The position numbers and the translations under genes are program-made. A DNA stretch of 64,000 nt from positions 372,001 to 436,000 of the forward strand of contig JAMWBK010000012.1 in assembly GCA_029953675.1 (NCBI GenBank), written 5' to 3'. The stretch is from Rhodosorus marinus CCMP1338 (Eukaryota > Plantae > Rhodophyta). Below, piece by piece: positions 44,794 through 56,460 of the stretch. The notes beneath the pieces were generated by a model that saw only the letters and a list, made by a program, of their open reading frames with translations, was not told the DNA's origin and did no database searches. The number at the start of each line of letters is the position of its first letter. Within the stretch, counting starts at the first letter, position 1.

Positions 44794-47700
44794 ATGAAGA
44801 TTTACAAGAGTGTTTTGTGGGCGGCAGTGGCATCCATGTGCGTATGCCTGTGCGCAAGAGCGCACAAAGATGGTGCGGTGAATGAAGCATGTTTTGGGTG
44901 GGGGTTATCTGATGAAATATGTGCTATGGCCATTGATGAGAGGCAAGAACTGGTTAAAGCGGAATCACAGAACACGCTGACGATCTACGCGCCGTACTTT
45001 TACATGCTCGACTTTTCTCAGAATGAGACGGACACTACGGCGTTATTCGGAGGCAGCACATTAGTTGAGATCTACGGGTTCTATATTATGATCAAGGGAA
45101 AGGCGGGAACCAGCGCAAACATTAGGGGCACGTTACTGTACCTCCTTGCATCGATCATCGATATCCAGACCGATGGATCCTTCTCCTTGGACATGAGTGG
45201 CCCGCCGGTTGATGTCCCTCCTCCGGCGGTGCCATCTGCGAAGCCGACGCCGGGCCCCCAGCCGCGTTTCTCCGGGCGTCAAGGAGCCTCTGGTATTGGT
45301 GGCGCTCCAGGAGGTACCGGAACGGATGGAAACTCTGGTGGTAATTTGATTATGATCACCAAACACCTCAACCTCACCTCGCTTCACTCTGGAGGGTACG
45401 ATTTCACGATCATAAACGATGGGAGCGCCGGGTCGGTCGGTGGCAAAGGTGGACCTGGACAGATCGGCGGTGTGGGAGCTGCAGGAGTGAGCTGCGCATT
45501 CCATAGAAAGAGCTTCGGAACATCTAAAGATCCAAACTGCTGCAAATACTGTAAAGGGCCGTTTGGGCACTACGAACGCTGTAATCTGTACCAGGCTGGC
45601 GAGCCTGGACCAGGAGGCCCGGGAGGTCCTGGAGGACCCGGTGGCAAGGGCGCAGCCCCTGGATGGGTCTCTGTGTATTCCAATTCAGCGAACGGAGCGG
45701 ATAACAAGCCGATAGATAATGACACAGTCAAGGGTCTGATTCTATCCACCAGCAAGTTTGGAGCGGTGGGAGTAGGAGGTCCAGGCGGTGACGGTGGAGC
45801 CGGTGCAGTTAACGACCCCAATGCGCTGTGTACGACGTACTCAAAGGCCGAACCGTTCACGATGTTCTACAAAGGCATGTACGCCGTGAAACCGGTTGGG
45901 ACTCCTGGCCTCCAGGGCCCCACCGGAGTGAACGGGACGACGTTTGGGTACCAGAGGGCGACGTTCATCCGCGCGACGGTCAATGCTACAGGAAACCCGG
46001 GGGATGCGAACCATTACGAGAAACCACACGATTGGGCATACCAAGACTTCCCCGCACCAGTGGAGTACCTCGGTTTCGGACTGGAGCTCTCTGCGAACAT
46101 GCTAAGCTCGCTGGCGTTCATTGACTACGACGCTGGCGCTCAGAACACCTACAACTTGATTCTCCAATCGGTGAGCGACATGATGTACAGCGCCCAGGTG
46201 ATGATGAACCTTACCGCCGACCACACGACCCAGAAGCTCTACGCCTCCTACGTGAACAAGGCGTGGACTCTGATCAGGAGCATCAACCAGGTGAGCTCAC
46301 CAAGCGGATCGCCCCTTGGACAAGTATCGGTGGCGAGCTTCGACCAGCAGCTCGATGACCTCGCAGAGTTTCGAGATCTTGCCGAGGTGGTCGAAGGATA
46401 CTACGAGGAGTACGCCAAGCAGGTGAACGACAGGGAGACATCGGAGAAGATATTGCTCAATGCCACCAAGAGCTCGTTGGTCGGAGTTGAGCAGCAGAGG
46501 ACACTACAGGGACAGATCTACAAGAGCCTTGCGAAAATGAATCAGACCTTGGATGATGTCGCCCTGAAGATCCAAATGACGAAGTACGCGCTGAACGAGG
46601 ACCAGGAGGAGCTGAACCACTGTTGGGAGGAAGCTCAGAAGATTGTGATGTTCAAGAACGTGATGAACTTTGTCTCCTTTGTCACGGGCGTTGCCGATCT
46701 TGGGTTTGCAGCGACCAAACTGGTCGGTAAGGCGTCCCAGTTTATCAGCGACGGCGGAAAGTTCTTCGACGGTATCAACCTGGCGGTCGACAACAAGTTC
46801 TCTAACATTCCAGCATTCATCAACAGCATCGGAAAACTCGTTCCAGGACCGGGACAGTCCTCAGACTGGGATCCGTACGCGTCGAGTATGAAACTGATCT
46901 CTAACGACGAGACGACCGTGGACGGCTATCAAGGAGGGCTCCAGAGCGCTCTTCAAGGGATCTACCATGCGGATAGCTATGCAGATGCACTGGTTATCTA
47001 CCAGAAGATGAACCAGACAGCCGACGACTACAAGACAGCGAGAATCAATATGGCCAAGAGCGAGGTGACTAGCAAAGTCAATGCGATGAAGGCAGCGTGC
47101 CCGGGACAGGCCCAAAATTTCTTTCGCAGCTTTGATACGCTTCAGATGTGGGTCAACCAGCGCAATGATCTGCTCGCGGTCTATAGCGCCCTCGTTGTGT
47201 ATTATAACCGGGTTACTGCGAAGAAACTCTACTTGGAGAACATCGCCCAGAACACTCTCACGGAGCTTCAACAGAATGCCACCAACCCCGCGTCGCTCGC
47301 CGTACTCAACGTACATCAGGAGACTTACAACATGTTGGTCGAGCAGTTCTCGAAGAACCTGGGTCTCGTTCTCAATGCCAGGAGCTACCTCATGATGGGA
47401 GCGACAAATAGCAGCCTTTCTGCCGTCTCGTTTGCCAGCTGTAGATGGGAGACGTCAATCATGAAGGCCTCGGACAACATGTTCTTCAAGTGTGCAGCAG
47501 ATGCCGTTCTGGAGCTGAAGAACGCGCTTGCCTACTGGCACACAAACACCTACTCCAACAATCAGCTCGTTGACTGGAGGTCGTACTGGGGTCCAATTGA
47601 CTTGAACGAGGAGTCTGTAGGTGCTGATCGATGGGCCGATTTCAAGAAGACCGGCATTCTCAGCTTCTGCATGGATCCTACCGAGCCGAGTTTCAACAAG

Positions 47701-48600
47701 GGCCCGGGTCTTAGTGCCGGGATGTTCTTCCCGCTGGTCAGCATGGACAGTATCTTTGTCGTAATGGACGGTGCACCTGCGGAAGGAGGCGTACGGGTTG
47801 ATATTCAACACCAGGCCTCCGCCGGAGTCGTTCGTGCGATGGAGAATCCGACGAGCACTGACGCTGAGCATCCTTACCTGACGAAGAAATTTACGCACGC
47901 GGACCGAGACCTTCGATTCATCTACACGGGAGAGCCTCCTGCAGATGACCAGGTCAGCGTCCTTGCCTGGATGAAATCGACGAACATTTCAGTAAGGGCG
48001 GACATGGGCGATCCTAGTAAGATCCTGAGGATAAGCCCCTTCAGCAACTACCAGATTCAAACCGACGCTGGCATTCTACAGACCGTGGACAACGTACGGG
48101 TGTACTACACGGGGCACTATGTGCCAGCAAAAGATTTTAATATCCTGCCGATTTCCTCGTTATCGGAACCGATCATGTGCGCTTCTACTGTCGGGAAGGC
48201 AATGGCCACTCCGACACCAACGACTTCTCCGTCAGACGCCGACAGATCGGCAGGAGCAGCAACGAACAAATGTAAGTCGTACTCTGTTTCGGTAGAGCTC
48301 GTGACGGGGTACGTTTCGCAGGACGGATCATACACCAAGGCGTGCAGGATCAGTTTTGAGCACCCAGTAGAAGGACGACGACCCGAGCAGATCCGGCTCG
48401 AATGGGAGTGGGAGAAGTACCGAGACGACACAGACTGGGAGTACAACAACGCAGTTTCAATGGCAATCAATGCCGCAAAAGCTATAGTCACATTTAATGG
48501 AACCCCAGAGGAAGGTGATGGGACCACTCAGGTGGTGCTGCTCACGGATACCTGTCCTACCAACGTTCGAGTTTTGAGCACGTACCCTCTGTGCTTGTAG
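44794..48600 (+). CDS. Large secreted Gly-rich/collagen-like + helical protein, possible toxin-like (TcA-type C-terminal domain)
   Basis: 1268-aa intronless ORF with signal peptide; GxxGxxG blocks; long amphipathic helices with hydrophobic hairpin VMNFVSFVTGVADLGFAATKLVG; FKKTG..F....F..V.V...G..V...H..F.H...F.Y..SPFS.Y.I pattern. The CDS is confident; the function is inference. Confidence 0.85.
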   Translation: MKIYKSVLWAAVASMCVCLCARAHKDGAVNEACFGWGLSDEICAMAIDERQELVKAESQNTLTIYAPYFYMLDFSQNETDTTALFGGSTLVEIYGFYIMIKGKAGTSANIRGTLLYLLASIIDIQTDGSFSLDMSGPPVDVPPPAVPSAKPTPGPQPRFSGRQGASGIGGAPGGTGTDGNSGGNLIMITKHLNLTSLHSGGYDFTIINDGSAGSVGGKGGPGQIGGVGAAGVSCAFHRKSFGTSKDPNCCKYCKGPFGHYERCNLYQAGEPGPGGPGGPGGPGGKGAAPGWVSVYSNSANGADNKPIDNDTVKGLILSTSKFGAVGVGGPGGDGGAGAVNDPNALCTTYSKAEPFTMFYKGMYAVKPVGTPGLQGPTGVNGTTFGYQRATFIRATVNATGNPGDANHYEKPHDWAYQDFPAPVEYLGFGLELSANMLSSLAFIDYDAGAQNTYNLILQSVSDMMYSAQVMMNLTADHTTQKLYASYVNKAWTLIRSINQVSSPSGSPLGQVSVASFDQQLDDLAEFRDLAEVVEGYYEEYAKQVNDRETSEKILLNATKSSLVGVEQQRTLQGQIYKSLAKMNQTLDDVALKIQMTKYALNEDQEELNHCWEEAQKIVMFKNVMNFVSFVTGVADLGFAATKLVGKASQFISDGGKFFDGINLAVDNKFSNIPAFINSIGKLVPGPGQSSDWDPYASSMKLISNDETTVDGYQGGLQSALQGIYHADSYADALVIYQKMNQTADDYKTARINMAKSEVTSKVNAMKAACPGQAQNFFRSFDTLQMWVNQRNDLLAVYSALVVYYNRVTAKKLYLENIAQNTLTELQQNATNPASLAVLNVHQETYNMLVEQFSKNLGLVLNARSYLMMGATNSSLSAVSFASCRWETSIMKASDNMFFKCAADAVLELKNALAYWHTNTYSNNQLVDWRSYWGPIDLNEESVGADRWADFKKTGILSFCMDPTEPSFNKGPGLSAGMFFPLVSMDSIFVVMDGAPAEGGVRVDIQHQASAGVVRAMENPTSTDAEHPYLTKKFTHADRDLRFIYTGEPPADDQVSVLAWMKSTNISVRADMGDPSKILRISPFSNYQIQTDAGILQTVDNVRVYYTGHYVPAKDFNILPISSLSEPIMCASTVGKAMATPTPTTSPSDADRSAGAATNKCKSYSVSVELVTGYVSQDGSYTKACRISFEHPVEGRRPEQIRLEWEWEKYRDDTDWEYNNAVSMAINAAKAIVTFNGTPEEGDGTTQVVLLTDTCPTNVRVLSTYPLCL

Positions 48601-48759
48601 AAGATCTCTTTTCCATCTGTGAATATTAAATGACCATAACACCTATCGTGAAAGCTGCCGTCGACACGATGATCTTGCCGATGCATGGCGAAGGGATCAA
48701 TAAAGGATCTCTCGAACTACCCCATTGGTTTGGTTTGGTTTGGTTTTACAAACCAAACC

Positions 48760-49500
48760 TTAAACAGTACGCTGCCCGTAATACAGACTAAGAACGCCGA
48801 AGAGTCCGGTGCGAGCTTCAGCTAGAATACCGCTACAAGATCGCCATAAAGCAACCCTTAACGGTTTAGGAAGACAAACACTCGACGGAATGGTCAGCGA
48901 GACGTTTGCGGAGCCGTTCCAAGCTTGACTCTTAAGGTGACCAAATTTTTCCTCAATGAAAGCCTGAAATTTTGCGCCGCAGAGATCTATCTGGGTTTGC
49001 CACATGCCCCTTGGCACTGAGATCGCCCTTCCTTCTGCCAAGGCTGTGAGAGCCGTATTGACGGTTACCATTTCCTGGGCTCGTGTGGACCATTGAGAGG
49101 TCATCGTGCGAACCCTCACATCTGCCTGAAGTAGATCCTGATCGAATATTTGACCAGGGTTGGCCACACGTTGAATGGGAACTGCCCCGGTCAGCGTCGG
49201 TCACCCTTCCCTCCCCCCTTGCATATTTGATCTCCAGGTACCAGACCCCCGCCGCCAGACGCTCAGCGTATGTGGACCTGGTTGTCACCTTCCCTGTGTC
49301 AAGATCCTATCTCCCCTCTACCGCTCTTCACCGGGGCGGCAGCGGCTTCTGCACTTCGCCTACTGAAGGAACGATGGTATGCTGAGAGCATGGCCAGTCT
49401 CCCCTGGGCAAAGAGTTGTTCTCACAGGCTCCGGCCTTTCACCATGGAAAGCTTTGGGCATCTGCAAAATTCCAGCTTGGAGTGACATAGCCTGAAGCAC
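48760..49500. mobile_element. Decayed family A-like RLE fragments in both orientations
   Basis: GYHFLGS, RRSAYVD, MESFGH-like remnants; (AAACC)n tail/hairpin at 48737-48759. Confidence 0.65.
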
Positions 49501-49639
49501 TATGCAGGGCGTGAAAGGGAATTGGAAACTAGGGAGCAAAGCGTACAAACGCAGGAGGCGATGGCGCGCCTATGCGAACATGCTGCTAGAATACCGCAGA
49601 GAGCGACACTTAAGCGGCGTAGGAGTCCCAGACATTCAG

Positions 49640-52220
49640 CAGGATGGTCGGCGATGTTCCCCTCGTCCGACGTAGAATTGCTCCCCGAATTCGAGGCATT
49701 CTTAGACCGTCCAGAGTTGGCCAGGTTCCGCATCGACCTGACGCTCCGTGAGTCCGATCTGGAGGATTTGCTCCAGACCTGCCGTCGTGGACGCTGCCCT
49801 GGACCCCCTGGGCTACGAACGGAATTAATGCAGGCCTTGAGCAAGCCTGGCCAGAGCGCCATGGTGAAGATCCCGAATACGCTGTTCCAGGGTGAAGGGG
49901 TAGCGTCTGCCCCTTGGGACCATCTGCGACGGGCACAGCTTTGCTTGTTAACGAAACCCGACCACGAGCCGGCACACCCGCGTCTCCAGCCGATCGGCAT
50001 GGTTGAGAGTCTACGGAAACTCGCCGGGAGGTGGCTATCCCAGCGCCTACGCCAGCGAGTCACCGCCCTTATGGCGCCTTGGCAGGTAGGGGTGGGATTT
50101 TACGGGGGTTGCGAACTAATCACTCATACGATCGAGCTCGAGCTAGCCAGTAGGCCTGATTGGGGCGTTTTGGTAGTTGACTTCCGTAACGCGTTCAACA
50201 GCGTCTCGCGGACGCATGCTTTGGAGGTGATTCGCAGGGTATTCCCGGAGGCATGGCCGCTCCTATCCGGTATTTACGCAGGGGGGAGCCTCCCTTACTT
50301 GACAACGCAGGGCTCTGTTTTTGCAGCACGTACTGGCGTTCAACAGGGTGATCCTTGTGGGCCGGTACTTCACGCATGTGCCTTGCAGCTCGTGCTCCAG
50401 CGACTGGCGGCTGAGGTGCCGAAGCTTCGCATCTGTGCCTACCATGACGACGTGGCGTTGCTGGGCTCTCCTGAGCACTTGGCTCGGGGACTGACCCAGA
50501 TCGAAGCACTCACACGTGGAGTAGGTCTAACCGTGGAACCCGAAAAATGCCGTTTTCTCGGCCCGCGTGAAGTTTCGAGTGGCTCCCTGCCACCTAGTCT
50601 CCCAGCCCTTGGTGAACATGCGGGGCTCGAGCAACCATGGCGTTGGTTTGGGGAGTGACAACTTTGTCTAAGACTCTTGCGAACGAGTTTTTGCGCGCCA
50701 TAAGCAGCTCACCGACGCCATTGAACGCCTACCGGATAGCATGCTACAATCGGCCTGCCTGCTCTCCCGCTTTTGTTCCGGCCCCCGACTGAATTACTGG
50801 CTGCGAAGCCTTCCACCGCACCCGGGCTCGTGGATGGCAGCCAAGGCGGACGAGGCGACGCTGAAGCAATGGGGAACGCTCCTGGATGAACCCCTGGATG
50901 TGGAAGCGGCTCCTGACAGGGACCTAATTCGTGGCCAGATTGCCCTACCTTTACGATTAGGCGGATTTGGAGTGGCCGACCGTGGACTCGTATGCTCGGC
51001 AGCGGCGGTCGCCTCCTGGGCTACCGCGCTTCGCACCTTAATGAGTTTTCGGATGCGAAGTGCCTGCATTTTGGCTAGAGCACTGACTAGCGAAGACCCC
51101 GTGACCCTTCCGCCGCCGCTTTTGAGTATCTATGATGCTCTGCATCAGGCGTTCAGTAAGTGCAACGCCGTGCCGGACGAGAGCCGATCCAGATTTCGAT
51201 CCTGGAAGGAGCTGTTAGGGGGACAAACTGAGGCGCTCGAGGACTCTCCCATGGACAGAGTACCCGCCGACGAGGGGGAAGCTAGCCCCGGGTCACCGGT
51301 TGCGGATTACCCGGGTCTGAGCCGATGTGGAGCTCGCGCCCTGGTGTGATACAACAGAGCCTCACCTGGGGCCAACATAATGCCGCTCACGCGATCTTGC
51401 TCAACTCTCCACTCACACCGCCTACCACCGCCGCTCCCCTCCGCGGCATGGGAGGCCATCTTTCACATTTGTGGCTAACGACCACGCCGTCATCACTGGG
51501 TCACGGTCTGGATGCCTTCCAGTTTCGCTCTGCCGCACGGATTTACCTGGGTTTGCGACAAGCTCCGTGGCACTCTAATCGGCCGTCTTTCTGTCAGGGA
51601 TGTGAGAGTCGGATCGATGCTTGTGGTTACCATTTCTTAGGTTCATGCGGACTGATGAGAGGTCTTCGTACGAGGTGTCACACTCGCTTCAAGAACATTC
51701 TCAGCGAATGTTTGACTCGGTTAAGGCATACGGTTGAGGTGGAATCGGAACTACCCAGATCGGTCTCGGATAGGGCACCGCCGCGCTGTATCGCAGATCT
51801 CCTCGTCTCCGATGCTGCCGCCAGACGCTCAGCATATGTTGACCTCGCGATTACATGCCCTGTGGCAAGCGCCCATCTCACGGCTGCCGCCCGCCGCCGA
51901 GGAGCAGCTGCTTCGGCCCTTCGCCGCGTGGAAGGAACGACGGTATGCTGAGAGTATGGCCAGTCTGCCTCGCGCTGAGGGTCGCTCCCACCGGTTCCAG
52001 CCTTTCATTGTGGAAAGCTTTGGTCACGTGGAGAAGGCGGGTTTGGAGTGGTTGCGGAAATGTTTCACTGAGCATCCTGTTGAATACTTGGAACTTTTGC
52101 GACGATTAAGTGTCTCTCTGTGGCGATATTCGAGCAGATGCTTGCCGAGGCGCGCCATCGGCGCCTGGGTTTTCACGCTTGCCTACCTAGTTCTTAGTTC
52201 CTTTTCACGCCTTGCGTAGT
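49640..52220 (+). mobile_element. 5'-truncated family A1 CRE with complete RT core
   Basis: ORF 49522-50658: LQPIGMVESLRKLA, WQVGVG, DFRNAFNSVSR, GVQQGDPCGP, AYHDDV; then 50741-51349, 51325-51951, 51734-52219. Confidence 0.93.
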
Positions 52221-52309
52221 GCCAATGAACGAATGGTTTAATCGGAGGCTGAAAGAAAAAACAAAGCCAGTAAATCCAACGGGAACTCTTGAAGATAGCC
52301 TCTTGAAGA

Positions 52310-54815
52310 TAGCATGAGCCCCTCGATCTTGAAGCTGCTCCCGACAGGGACTTTATCCGTGCACAGATCGCTCTACCGTTGCGATTAGGGGGATTCGGCG
52401 TCGCAGACCGTGGGCTGGTATGCTCGCCAGCGGCGGTTGCCTCCTGGGCTACCGCGCTGCGAACGTTGGTGACCTTCCAGATGCGAAGTGCCTGCCTCTT
52501 GGCTCGAGCTTTGACCAACGAGGATCCAGTGACCCTGCCGCCCCCGCTTTTGACAATTTATGATGGTCTTCAACACGCGTTCAGGAGGTGCAACGCCGTG
52601 CCGGACGCAAATCGGTCCCGCTTTCGTTCCTGGAGGGAGCTGTTATGGGGACGAGCTGAAGCGATTGAGGATTCTCCCCTCGACCGAGTTCTTGCCGATA
52701 TCGGAGAGGCTAGCCCCGGGTCCCCTGTTGCAGACTACCCGGGTTTGAGCCGATTGTGGAGCTCCCGCACTGATGTGATTCAACATAGCCTCACCTGGGG
52801 CCACCACAGTGCCGCTCACACAGTCATGCTCAATTCTCCTCTTACGCCGCCTACCACTGCCGCTCGTCTCCGCGGCATGGGAGGCCACCTCTCGCACTTG
52901 TGGTTAACCACTCTACCGTCGTCATTGAGTCATCGTCTCGATGCTTTCCAGTTCCGTTCTGCCGCACGGATCTATCTCGGTTTGCCACAGGCTCCGTGGC
53001 ACTCTAATCGGCCGTCTTTCTCTCAGGGATGTGAGAGCCGGATTGACGCTTGTGGCTACCACTTCCTGGGTTCCTGCGGACTGTTGCGAGGTCTCCGTAC
53101 GAGGCGTCACACTCGCCTCAAGTACATCCTCAGCGAATTTTTGACTCGGATAGGGCATACGGTTGAGGTTGAGTCGGAACTGCCCAGATCAATCTCGGAC
53201 TCTGCACTGCCCCGTTGTATAGCCGATCTCCTCGTCTCTGACGCTGCTGCCAGACGCTCAACATATGTGGACCTTGCGATTACCTGCCCCGTGGCCAGCG
53301 CCCACCTCACCGCAGCCGCCCGCCGCCGGGGGGCCGCGGCTTCAGCCCTTCGAAGAGTTAAGGAACGACGGTATGCTGAGAGCATGGCCAGTCTGCCTTG
53401 CGCTGAGGGTCGCTCTCACCGGTTCCAGCCATTCATTGTGGAAAGCTTTGGTCACGTCGATAAGTCGGGTTTAGAGTGGTTGCGGAAATGTTTTGCTGAG
53501 CATCCTACTGAATATTTGGCGCTCTTGAGGCGTTTAAGTGTCTCCCTTTGGCGATATTCCAGCGACATGCTTTCCGAGGCGCGCCATCGGCGCCTGGGGT
53601 TGCATACTTCCCTCCCTAGTTATTGGTTCATCTTCACGCCTTGCGTAGCGCTTCAGGCTATGCTAGTAAAGTCCCCGCTTTTGACAATTTATGATGGTCT
53701 TCAACACGCGTTCAGGAGGTGCAACGCCGTGCCGGACGCAAATCGGTCCCGCTTTCGTTCCTGGAGGGAGCTGTTATGGGGACGAGCTGAAGCGATTGAG
53801 GATTCTCCCCTCGACCAAGTTCTTGCCGATGACGGAGAGGCTAGCCCCGGGTCCCCTGTTGCAGACTACCCGGGTTTGAGCCGATTGTGGAGCTCCCGCA
53901 CTGATGTGATTCAACATAGCCTCACCTGGGGCCAACACAGTGCCGCTCACACAGTCATGCTCAATTCTCCTCTCACGCCGCCTACCACTGCCGCTCGTCT
54001 CCGCGGCATGGGAGGCCACCTCTCGCACTTGTGGTTAACCACTCTACCGTCGTCATTGAGTCATCGTCTCGATGCTTTCCAGTTCCGTTCTGCCGCACGG
54101 ATCTATCTCGGTTTGCCACAGGCTCCGTGGCACTCTAATCGGCCGTCTTTCTCTCAGGGATGTGAGAGCCGGATTGACGCTTGTGGCTACCACTTCCTGG
54201 GTTCCTGCGGACTGTTGCGAGGTCTCCGTACGAGGCGTCACACTCGCCTCAAGTACATCCTCAGCGAACTTTTGACTCGGATAGGGCATACGGTTGAGGT
54301 TGAGTCGGAACTGCCCAGATCAATCTCGGACTCTGCACTGCCCCGTTGTATAGCCGATCTCCTCGTCTCTGACGCTGCTGCCAGACGCTCAACATATGTG
54401 GACCTTGCGATTACCTGCCCCGTGGCCAGCGCCCACCTCACCGCAGCCGCCCGCCGCCGGGGGGCCGCGGCTTCAGCCCTTCGAAGAGTTAAGGAACGAC
54501 GGTATGCTGAGAGCATGGCCAGTCTGCCTTGCGCTGAGGGTCGCTCTCACCGGTTCCAGCCATTCATTGTGGAAAGCTTTGGTCACGTCGATAAGTCGGG
54601 TTTAGAGTGGTTGCGGAAATGTTTTGCTGAGCATCCTACTGAATATTTGGCGCTCTTGAGGCGTTTAAGTGTCTCCCTTTGGCGATATTCCAGCGACATG
54701 CTTTCCGAGGCGCGCCATCGGCGCCTGGGGTTGCATACTTCCCTCCCTAGTTATTAGTTCATCTTCACGCCTTGCGTAGCGCTTCAGGCTATGCTAGTAA
54801 AGTCCAGTAAAGTCC
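52310..54815 (+). mobile_element. Family A2 3' part with a 1131-bp tandem duplication forming a 792-codon read-through ORF (52379-54757)
   Basis: The unit repeats from 53673; copy-1 stop is TGG (53624-26) and copy-2 stop is TAG (54755-57). Confidence 0.92.
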
Positions 54816-55161
54816 AGTAAATCCAACTCTTGTCAGAAAAGCATGATACTAATTTAACCAGTCAGGACGACATCAGTAAATTTGTTAGTGTAGCCCTGAG
54901 CGTCACCCGTTCGCAGTTTTGGTTTCGTGAGGGTGTATGGTGCTGGCTTTTGGTGGTTTTGAGTCGCAATTGTGTTCTTCGGTGGGAGGCGCTTCTTTCT
55001 GCAGCCTTTTCCCCCGCATCTTCTAGCGGTGTGGTGCGTGCTGGGGGTTGCTAGAGCCCCTTGGAGGTCGTGGTGGTTTTTCTTTGGTTGCAAACGTTGG
55101 GAACAAGTTCTCTTTTGGGGGGTTTCGTGGGGGAATCGGTTTTTCACACCTTCCTATCGTT

Positions 55162-56460
55162 ATGGTTGGGGTTTCCCCACCTATTCCGGTGGACGGAGCC
55201 GTTCTCTCAGCGCCCGTGGAGCTCAGCGTGGGCGGGTTTAGTACCGCGGCCACCCTCACGGACTGCGCTGACGAGTTGGCCCATGGGATCTGCTCGAAAC
55301 TGACGAGTCTTCTTGTGACTGCTCCCCAGGAACACCGCCTGCCCCTGCTGATCGCCTATTTGGAGCGCTTCTCCGCCTCCGCGCCTGCCCCATAACCCCC
55401 GGTGCCCGTCCCCGCGGATCCGCACGGTACAACGGGGCCTGCCTTCAACCGACCCGAGCGCTCCGCTCCGGTCATTCCTGATTCCGACTGGCCTACCCCT
55501 ATTGAAGGACAGACGCCTCCTGGGCCCGCGTCGGGCCCGAATCCTGCTCCCTCCAGTGCCCCACGTGCTTCCTATTCGCAGGTCCTTCGCAGGGGCTCTT
55601 CTGAACAACGCCCGACGGCAATGGTGCGTATGATGCCACAACACATCCCTATTGACTTTTCTCGCCAACTATCTCCGTTCCACTTTGTTTGGATGACGAA
55701 CGTGCGTCCCCAGACCCCCTCTCGTGGTCGGGGCGGCGCTCCCGTCCACTACCGCGATTTTCGCGACACCATGGCTTCCTCCCTTGGGGTCGTCCGGTCT
55801 GAATTCCTATATCTGGACTTCACGGGCCCTCATGCCTGTTTTCTTGTTACTGACTCGGCTTACCAGTTCCTTCAATCGCTTGTAACCACCCCCGCGCCCC
55901 AGCGCTCTGCTCTGGCCAACATGATACTGACTCGTCCTCATGTCTCTTTGTTTGTCGAGTTCGATCGTTTTGACGCCGGCTGGGTTCCTCCGTCGGCCTT
56001 GGAAAACCTGGATGCCTCGCAGGCTTCGGTTGTCGCCCTACACACTCATGCGGCGCGACTCTCGCTCATACAGGCGAGCCTCTTCGCGCGTTTTCCTCCT
56101 CGCGGGATCCTCCGCACCTCGCTAGAGGCCTTTCTCTGCACCGAGGCCACCCTGCTGGAAACCCACCCTGCGTTTGACCTTCTGCCGCCGACTCTTGAGC
56201 ACCCTTCCTCCCCTCGCCCTGCCTCCGAGGCTCGTGACACCGACATGGCAGAAGCACCATCGGCCTCTCCGAATCCGCTGGCTCTGGACACCCTCAGTCA
56301 AGACTCCGCTGCTGAAAACCCTGTGTCTACTTTCTTCAGGTCTTTTAGTTCATTTGTGCGCCCCCCACGTAAGCGTCGTGCGGCTCCTGAGCCTCCCTCC
56401 GACGCACCTCCTCCGGATATTCGATCTGCCTTCCCGACTGAGGGGAGGCCCGATGTCTGA
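55162..56460 (+). pseudogene. ORF1 of the family C element (about 432 aa; premature TAA at 55393)
   Basis: ORFs 55048-55395 and 55402-56460 are in the same frame; the 44183 copy has TAC at that codon. Confidence 0.85.

Noticed and set aside
48737-48759. Perfect 10-bp hairpin GGTTTGGTTT-TAC-AAACCAAACC
   Set aside because: Explained by microsatellite tail sequence at the end of a decayed element.
54841-54902. Box C/D snoRNA-like GC-ATGATA...CTGA-GC; also U1-like AAATTTGTTAG and CGTTCGC nearby
   Set aside because: Box C is imperfect, there is no convincing guide or U1 5' end, and the segment straddles the candidate TSD/5' junction of the element.
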